A stretch of 38,020 nt of DNA from Patescibacteria group bacterium (GTDB taxonomy: Bacteria; Patescibacteriota; Patescibacteriia; UBA9934): positions 1-38,020 of the forward strand of contig JBDRDZ010000037.1 in the NCBI GenBank assembly GCA_043820165.1, in the 5' to 3' direction. Both the position numbers and the translations under genes were made by a program. The notes below the pieces were generated by a model, which worked only from the letters and a program-made list of their open reading frames with translations, made no database searches and was not told where the DNA came from. Shown piece after piece: positions 32,401 through 38,020 of this stretch; position 1 is the first letter of the stretch, and each line of letters begins with the position of its first letter.

Positions 32401-34248
32401 ATGAAAATCAATCAATACATACTTCGACATCCAGTGCTAAAGATCTTTTTAGGTGTGGGTTTTGCCCTGCTGTTTGTCGGATTTTTATTTTCAAATGCTG
32501 AGGCTGCTTCATCATACGAAACAAACGTTGTTTCGATGACTGGTAGTGGAGTGGTTAATATGATGCCGGGTGAACGAAAAGAGATTCGGGTTGAGTTTCA
32601 AAATACCGGTACGGCTATTTGGCACAACGACGGTGACGGTTACATCTCGGCTTATACGTATGATCCAAAATACCGTCGTAGCGAATTTGATCCAGGTACC
32701 TGGCTCTGGGGTGATCATTTGAAACGCATCGTTGAGTCAGAAGTAAAACCAGGCGAGAAGGCGACGATGATTTTTGAACTGCACGCTCCGGCAAAAACTG
32801 GTTACTACGAAGAAACGTTTCACCTGGCTGCGGAAGAAAAAGCTTGGGTGGCCGGTGGCAAGTTTACGGTCAAGATCAATGTTCAAGATCAAATTGTAGA
32901 GGAGCCAGAAGTTGTTGCCGATGATACTTCCTCGAATGATGGTTACGGTGCCGAACTCTCGGTGCGTACCGCAAGTAAGATTACTGCCATTGCCGGACGG
33001 AGCATTATTTTTACCGCTGGTTTCAAAAATACGGGTTCAAAAATTTGGAATAGTTACGGATTGTATAAGAACGATTTAGCTATCGCTGCTGGCGGTTCGA
33101 ATTTTGCTCACCCGTCTTGGGTTGGTGATCGTTTAGCGTATAACGACACCACGCCGGTTCGTTCTGGCGAGATGGCTGTTTTGTCTTTCGCCTTCGTGGC
33201 ACCGGCAACTAATGGATTACATACAGCTCAGTTCAATCTGCAGGCCAATGGTATTGATGTGCCCGGCGGTGTGATTGAAATACCGGTCGATGTTACTGGT
33301 GGAGCAGCTCAAGTTATTAATGATCCGGTAACGGAAGAAGGTGAGGAAGCAATCGAAGCCGTTGATTTGATCGCAGAGCCAATCATTCGTGTTGGTGTTT
33401 TGATTGTTGATGAAGAGACTGACGAAGAAGTGGTGATCACCTCGGATTATAGCGACTTTGAGCTTCGCGATACGCAGGGTAATCTTCTGGCAGAACTAAC
33501 CAAAGGCCAGCTTGTAACCGCCTACTATGCCCAGAACAAATATTTTTTCAATGTCGGACGCGGTCTGGAGAGCTCGACATACGGTCTGCGCTTTATCCCA
33601 AAAACAAAAGATGCAGTGATGAAGATCGCTAACTTTGATCGTCGTTTAACCCGCGGCGCCTACTATGCTGATAACGAGTTTCGAAACATTCTCGAACTAC
33701 GTTATAACGACTATAAAGATCGTACTTGGGTAATCAATGAGCTCGGCTTTGAATATTACGTTCGTGGTTTGACCGAGATTCCTAATTCTTGGAATATCGA
33801 AGCGCAAAAAGCTCAGGTTGTCGCAGCTCGGACTTACGCTTTCTATCATTGGGCACGCAACACCAGGCGGGTTAAGGAACACATGCATTTAGTTTCTAGT
33901 TCATCAGACCAGGTTTACAACGGTTACGGCCGGGAGGCGCGGGCCGCTAATTCAGTTCAGGCTGTGGTTGAGACCAATGGTGTTATTGCTATGTACCAAG
34001 ATGAAATTGCTATCACACCTTACTATGCTCGATCAGACGGACGGACACGGGATTGGTCAGACGTTTGGGCAGGTAATGTGGCTTGGTGTAAATCAGTCGC
34101 TGTTCCATGCGATCAGGGCAACACGCAGTGGGGCCATGGTATCGGCATGCCGCAAACCGGTGCCAAGTGCATGGCCGATAATGGTAACAGCTGGGAAGAG
34201 ATTATTAAGTATTTCTATACCGGAGTTGAATTGAAACGCAGATGGTAG
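32401..34248 (+). CDS. SpoIID/LytB-domain peptidoglycan-remodelling protein with two N-terminal Ig-like (NBR1-like) repeats
   Basis: 615 aa, signal/TM. Two about 110-aa repeats (F.NTG...W...). C-terminal SpoIID motifs YYVRGLTEIPNSW..EAQKAQVVAARTYA, DQVYNGYG, TPYYARSDGRT, GHGIGMPQTGA. Confidence 0.85.
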   Translation: MKINQYILRHPVLKIFLGVGFALLFVGFLFSNAEAASSYETNVVSMTGSGVVNMMPGERKEIRVEFQNTGTAIWHNDGDGYISAYTYDPKYRRSEFDPGTWLWGDHLKRIVESEVKPGEKATMIFELHAPAKTGYYEETFHLAAEEKAWVAGGKFTVKINVQDQIVEEPEVVADDTSSNDGYGAELSVRTASKITAIAGRSIIFTAGFKNTGSKIWNSYGLYKNDLAIAAGGSNFAHPSWVGDRLAYNDTTPVRSGEMAVLSFAFVAPATNGLHTAQFNLQANGIDVPGGVIEIPVDVTGGAAQVINDPVTEEGEEAIEAVDLIAEPIIRVGVLIVDEETDEEVVITSDYSDFELRDTQGNLLAELTKGQLVTAYYAQNKYFFNVGRGLESSTYGLRFIPKTKDAVMKIANFDRRLTRGAYYADNEFRNILELRYNDYKDRTWVINELGFEYYVRGLTEIPNSWNIEAQKAQVVAARTYAFYHWARNTRRVKEHMHLVSSSSDQVYNGYGREARAANSVQAVVETNGVIAMYQDEIAITPYYARSDGRTRDWSDVWAGNVAWCKSVAVPCDQGNTQWGHGIGMPQTGAKCMADNGNSWEEIIKYFYTGVELKRRW

Positions 34249-34250
34249 TT

Positions 34251-35312
34251 ATGAAAAAAATACTCGGACAAGTATTGATGCTTAGCCTGACGGTCGGATG
34301 CCTTATTCCGACCGTCACTTTTGCAGCCTCCGGTCCGCTTTTAGAAGTGTATAATCAACGTCCGGATTTACAAACTTCTTTTGAACCGAGTACTTTTCGA
34401 GCGATCGAAGGTACGGGTGCTGGATTTTTAATTGATTTAGAAGATTGGGCTCGGCAGTATGGCTGGCAGGAACATAAAGAATTGGCTGGATACGCTCCGG
34501 CCGTAACAGCGGTTGAGCCAAACGGTGTTGTGGCACCAGTAATTGAATCGTTAAATTATATCGTCATCGATGATGCTTCTGGCCAGATCCTGGCAGCTAA
34601 ACAAGCAGAAAAAGAATGGCCGATTGCCTCGATCACTAAATTAGTCACGACAAAAGTCGCTCTTGATCACGGCTTGGACACTGGCGGCATTGGCGCGATT
34701 GAAGAAGTTGATGACGTTGGTGGTTCGCGGCTCGCGGTTGCAGCTGGTACGCGCTTTACGATTTCAGATCTGCTTTATACGACCCTTGTCGCCTCAGCAA
34801 ATAATTCAGCGAATGCCATCGCTAGACTAAGTGGTGTGCCGCGCGAGTCGTTTATTATTTACATGAACAACTTTGTTCAATCGATGAATCTTTCGCATAC
34901 TCGTTTTACTGACCCAACCGGTATTGATGAACATAATGTTTCAACGGCACGTGAAATTGCCTATATCGCCAAAGCAGTTTGGCAGCATCAGGACATTCGT
35001 CGCATGTCAGGGACGACAAGAATTCATGTTGAGGCGTTAAATGACGAGGATTACATTCGGGATTTTAATAATACCAATCGTCTTTTATATGATTCAGCCT
35101 ATGATGATGTTTACGTAACAGCTGGCAAGACTGGATATTTGGACGAATCTGGTTGGAATCTGGTAGTTCGGATGCATCCGATGGGCGAGAGCGAGGCTAA
35201 GTCGGTTATCGTGGTTATCTTCGGAGCCGGCAGTAGAGCTAAAAGCTGTGACGATGCCCATGTACTTGCCCTTTGGGCTTGGCAGAATCATAATTGGACT
35301 ACGCGGAAATAA
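34251..35312 (+). CDS. Serine-type D-Ala-D-Ala carboxypeptidase (S11, PBP5-like)
   Basis: Preferred start is MKKIL (ATG 34251), just after the SpoIID stop. Signal peptide. SxxK in IASITKLVT, SxN in ASANNSA, KTG in AGKTGYL. Confidence 0.85.
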   Translation: MKKILGQVLMLSLTVGCLIPTVTFAASGPLLEVYNQRPDLQTSFEPSTFRAIEGTGAGFLIDLEDWARQYGWQEHKELAGYAPAVTAVEPNGVVAPVIESLNYIVIDDASGQILAAKQAEKEWPIASITKLVTTKVALDHGLDTGGIGAIEEVDDVGGSRLAVAAGTRFTISDLLYTTLVASANNSANAIARLSGVPRESFIIYMNNFVQSMNLSHTRFTDPTGIDEHNVSTAREIAYIAKAVWQHQDIRRMSGTTRIHVEALNDEDYIRDFNNTNRLLYDSAYDDVYVTAGKTGYLDESGWNLVVRMHPMGESEAKSVIVVIFGAGSRAKSCDDAHVLALWAWQNHNWTTRK

Positions 35313-35353
35313 AAAAAGTCCTCTTGGTCTCGATTGAGCCGGGAGGACTTTTA
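35311..35353. terminator. Bidirectional terminator between convergent genes
   Basis: aaaaaaa-AGTCCTC-(19-nt partly paired loop)-GAGGACT-tttt. Confidence 0.55.
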
Positions 35354-35929
35354 TTATTCCGCATTATTTTCAAACGCAGCTTTTTGTGAAGCATCACCAT
35401 GCCTTTGTTTGTCTTGGTGGACTAGAAAGAGAATTTTATTTTTTATCGCCTCCGGATCGTCGATTTGTTTGAAGTTGAATCTTTCACGCGTACCAGCTGT
35501 CTGGACATAGACATTGCCATAACTTAGAAAGGTTGCCCAAAAACCGGCAGTTTCTGCCGTGACATCCTGAACCTGATTCAAATGTAGGGTCGAGATAACG
35601 CGTTTGAACAGACCATGCTGTTCAATGTTGATAATACGTTCACTGGTTACGATCCAAGTATCAAGATAAAAATCAGTGTACATTGTCATTGCAATTAATG
35701 TCACAATCAGTAAGTAGGCTGAAATCACAGCAGCTAACAGAGGTGCAAAGAATTCATGATTTAACAGATCTGTCCCAGTTGTGCTAAGGATCACGACTAA
35801 CAGAACCGGCACTGCTAACATAGCAATCAAATAACCGAAAATTGATAATACCTCAACCCAGTGACGACGAATAAAAAGCACTGGCTTCTCGCCTCTTTCC
35901 TGGTTTGGAAGTTGATGCAAATTGATCAT
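35354..35929 (-). CDS. Membrane-anchored bacterial PH-domain (bPH_2, YdbS/YdbT-like) protein
   Basis: 191 aa. FIRRHWVEVL entry, two TM helices, then WIVTSERIINIEQHGLFKRVISTLHLNQVQDV...GNVYVQTAG pattern. ATGA-coupled to the upstream gene. Confidence 0.55.
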   Translation of the reverse strand: MINLHQLPNQERGEKPVLFIRRHWVEVLSIFGYLIAMLAVPVLLVVILSTTGTDLLNHEFFAPLLAAVISAYLLIVTLIAMTMYTDFYLDTWIVTSERIINIEQHGLFKRVISTLHLNQVQDVTAETAGFWATFLSYGNVYVQTAGTRERFNFKQIDDPEAIKNKILFLVHQDKQRHGDASQKAAFENNAE

Positions 35930-36189
35930 AGTAGTTCGTTGTTTGAATCGATGCTTGGAAAATAGTGTTCTAGATTCACTGTCGCATTCCAGTCAAATTG
36001 GGATAGAATTGCTAGGGTTAGGACAACCATAATTAAAAATGAAAAAATATAAACTCCCAGCACCGCCGTTGTCTTAGTTGCTTGCAAACCGAATTTAACA
36101 ATGTGGTAGAGGTTGAAAAACAGAAATAATGTCGACAACATCAAAAATAGACAGTAGGGGATGAGCAAATACCAAAGGTGGATGATCAT
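35926..36189 (-). CDS. Hypothetical small two/three-TM membrane protein
   Basis: 87 aa, hydrophobic. ATGA overlaps on both sides (with the ruvB stop and the bPH gene start) suggest real translation. Confidence 0.5.
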   Translation of the reverse strand: MIIHLWYLLIPYCLFLMLSTLFLFFNLYHIVKFGLQATKTTAVLGVYIFSFLIMVVLTLAILSQFDWNATVNLEHYFPSIDSNNELL

Positions 36190-37205
36190 AAGTCTTCTAA
36201 ATGTTTTTGAGCTCGCTCAGTGATGATTCGACCACGCGGCGTACGCTCGATAAAACCGAGTTGGAGCAAGAATGGTTCGTAAATTTCCTCGATGGTTGAG
36301 ATTTCTTCTTGAGTAGCGGCTGCAAGAGTCTGGATCCCGACCGGGCCACCGCTAAATTTTTCTAAAATCGTTTCGAGGATTTTGCGATCAGAAGCATCAA
36401 GGCCAAGTGGATCGATAGCTAACATTTCAAGAGCTGCATTGGCGATTTGAGCGTCGAGTAAGCCGTCATGTTTGACATCAGCATAATCACGGACGCGTTT
36501 GAGTAATCGATTAGCGATACGTGGCGTACGTCGGCAGCGCGAGGCAATGGCGTCGCAGGTTGCTTGATCGATTTCAATCCCGAGAATATTAGCACTGCGT
36601 TTGATAATCTGACTAATTTCATCCGGCTGATAAAAGTCGAGTTGGAAAGTTACACCGAAGCGATCGCGTAACGGGGAAGATAGTAGGGAAAGACGGGTGG
36701 TCGCTCCAATGATGGTGAATTTTTCTAAGCCAAGTCTGAGTGTCCTAGCCGACGGTCCCTTGCCAACAATCAGATCAAGAGCGTAATCCTCCATGGCTGG
36801 ATACAATATTTCCTCGATTGAGCGGTTCATCCGGTGGATTTCATCGATAAAGAGAATGTCACCTTTTTTAAGGTTGGAAAGAATGGCTGCCAGATCACCA
36901 ACACGTTCCAGAGCTGGTCCGCTGGTGATTCGAATATGTGTGTTCATCTCATTGGCAACTACGTGTGCCAAAGTTGTTTTACCAAGTCCTGGGTTACCAT
37001 AAAGCAGCACATGTTCAAGCGGCTCCTCGCGTTTTTGGGCAGCTTGCAGAAAAATTTGTAGGTTGTTTTTTAGGTCTTTTTGACCAACAAATTCCTCCAG
37101 CCGTTTTGGTCGCAGGCCAAGTTCAAATACCTCCTCATCCTCCACTACCGCTTGTGAAACAACTCGGTCATCAAGCGGTTTTTGCTCTGCATTCGATTCA
37201 ATCAT
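36186..37205 (-). CDS. ruvB: Holliday junction branch-migration helicase RuvB
   Basis: [16 protein letters not shown], Walker [12 protein letters not shown], Walker [10 protein letters not shown], sensor [10 protein letters not shown]. The start is ambiguous: ATG 37205 (preferred) or upstream TTG 37241 as in the ORF track. Confidence 0.93.
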   Translation of the reverse strand: MIESNAEQKPLDDRVVSQAVVEDEEVFELGLRPKRLEEFVGQKDLKNNLQIFLQAAQKREEPLEHVLLYGNPGLGKTTLAHVVANEMNTHIRITSGPALERVGDLAAILSNLKKGDILFIDEIHRMNRSIEEILYPAMEDYALDLIVGKGPSARTLRLGLEKFTIIGATTRLSLLSSPLRDRFGVTFQLDFYQPDEISQIIKRSANILGIEIDQATCDAIASRCRRTPRIANRLLKRVRDYADVKHDGLLDAQIANAALEMLAIDPLGLDASDRKILETILEKFSGGPVGIQTLAAATQEEISTIEEIYEPFLLQLGFIERTPRGRIITERAQKHLEDL

Positions 37206-37256
37206 AGGTACATTCAGTATACCTGAAATCAGCCCGGACAAAAAGAAAACCCGGAC

Positions 37257-37799
37257 CTAGGGGTCGCGGGGAGTGGCTCGGGGCGATTCACGTGTGGCGA
37301 GTTCTGCCTCGATGCGGCTGTAAATGGTGGCGAACATCACAGTCTTTTCGTAAAGGATCGTCTCTGATTCTATCAAGGCTCGCTCTGACTCGAAGATCAG
37401 TTCGTTGCAGCGCCGGCGGAAAATCGAATGAGTCTTCAGATCCGGTTCAGCACCAGATCGGCGGAATTCATCTGCTGCTTGACGGGACTCAGTGATCTTG
37501 CTCCGGGATTCTGCAACGGCAGTTTGAACATCGCGATGCAGAGCGGTGAGCGTTGTGATGTAGCCGCTAAGTCGACGGCGCTCGCGATCTGACAGATCCT
37601 TGTTCAGAGCAAAGAGCCGTAGCTCCATGATCTCAGCGGTGATAGCGTAGTCGTTCTCGACAATCGTGTAGACCCGTACTCGGCCGTCCATTGCCTTGGC
37701 TAGTTGCTGTTCGCTGACAACATCCTGACAGGCAATGTATTCAGGCACGGGTTCTTGGGCTTGGGCCAACGTCAGATAGAAGAGGAGGTGAAGGAACAT
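37257..37799 (-). CDS. Hypothetical secreted coiled-coil-like protein (GC-rich gene)
   Basis: Preferred start is M14 (ATG 37797..37799), giving signal peptide MFLHLLFYLTLAQAQ. Arg/Glu-rich helical remainder. Hand-counted GC is 42/60 at 37261..37320 and 34/60 at 37561..37620, against about 23/60 in housekeeping lines. Confidence 0.6.
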   Translation of the reverse strand: MFLHLLFYLTLAQAQEPVPEYIACQDVVSEQQLAKAMDGRVRVYTIVENDYAITAEIMELRLFALNKDLSDRERRRLSGYITTLTALHRDVQTAVAESRSKITESRQAADEFRRSGAEPDLKTHSIFRRRCNELIFESERALIESETILYEKTVMFATIYSRIEAELATRESPRATPRDP

Positions 37800-37884
37800 G
37801 GGGTAGGGTCCTTTGTGGGAGATTGGAGGACACCGCAATCTAACATTGATTGATTATGCCGTCAATTGTGATTTATTGTTACCT

Positions 37885-37913
37885 TTGACAAACATTGGTT
37901 TTTCTGCTATATT
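37885..37913 (+). promoter_or_regulatory. Sigma70-like promoter of tRNA-Leu
   Basis: TTGACA (37885..37890), 17 nt, TATATT (37908..37913). The tRNA starts at 37934. Confidence 0.6.
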
Positions 37914-37933
37914 TCAGATCACAAATTAATTAA

Positions 37934-38020
37934 GCCGCGGTGGTGAAACTGGTATACACGAGGGACTTAAGATCCCTTTCCCGCAAGGGAGTGCGGGTTC
38001 GACCCCCGCCCGCGGTACCA
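37934..38020 (+). tRNA. tRNA-Leu (anticodon TAA), long variable arm, CCA encoded. Ends at the window edge.
   Basis: GCCGCGGTGGTGAAACTGGTATACACGAGGGACTTAAGATCCCTTTCCCGCAAGGGAGTGCGGGTTCGACCCCCGCCCGCGGTACCA. Anticodon stem AGGGA/TCCCT with loop CTTAAGA. T-arm GCGGG-TTCGACC-CCCGC. Confidence 0.9.

Noticed and set aside
1-38020. Alternative genetic code (UGA recoding, as in some CPR lineages)
   Set aside because: All recognisable genes are full length and end sensibly under the standard bacterial code, including several that stop at TGA. There is no evidence for recoding.

Overview
The window starts at the replication origin of a low-GC (about 40%) small-genome bacterium. All calls come from reading the sequence and from remembered family motifs; no homology search was run. 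The gene content suggests Patescibacteria/CPR, but that placement is tentative.

Core content:
- Replication: 5'-truncated dnaA, a candidate oriC spacer and dnaN.
- Cell envelope: PBP1A, a 3D-domain protein, a Wzy-like ligase, a Wzx-like flippase, SpoIID/LytB and a DD-carboxypeptidase.
- Fe-S assembly: a compact nifS-nifU-ferredoxin-FAD reductase operon.
- Other housekeeping: PGI/PMI, galU and ruvB.
- An orphan 7TM histidine kinase.
- Three tRNAs with encoded CCA: Cys-GCA, Ser-CGA and Leu-TAA.
- One IS200-type tnpA element.

No rRNA and no CRISPR array were seen, and the standard genetic code fits.

Most notable observations:
1. A 3.3-kb island at about 60% GC (17.9-21.2 kb). It carries a divergent pair of unrecognisable genes, a 655-aa Cys/His-motif polytopic membrane protein and a 259-aa secreted protein, both behind native-looking promoters.
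2. Directly next to it, six tandem VirB2/TrbC-like 'WMTAGGN' pilin paralogs, with no T4SS machinery in view.
3. A second GC-elevated island encoding a methyltransferase and a LuxI/FeeM-like N-acyltransferase, beside the orphan kinase.
4. Two paralogous structured RNA-like elements with compensatory stem changes. They bracket the IS200 region next to tRNA-Ser.
5. More GC-rich single genes beside tRNA-Leu and tRNA-Ser.
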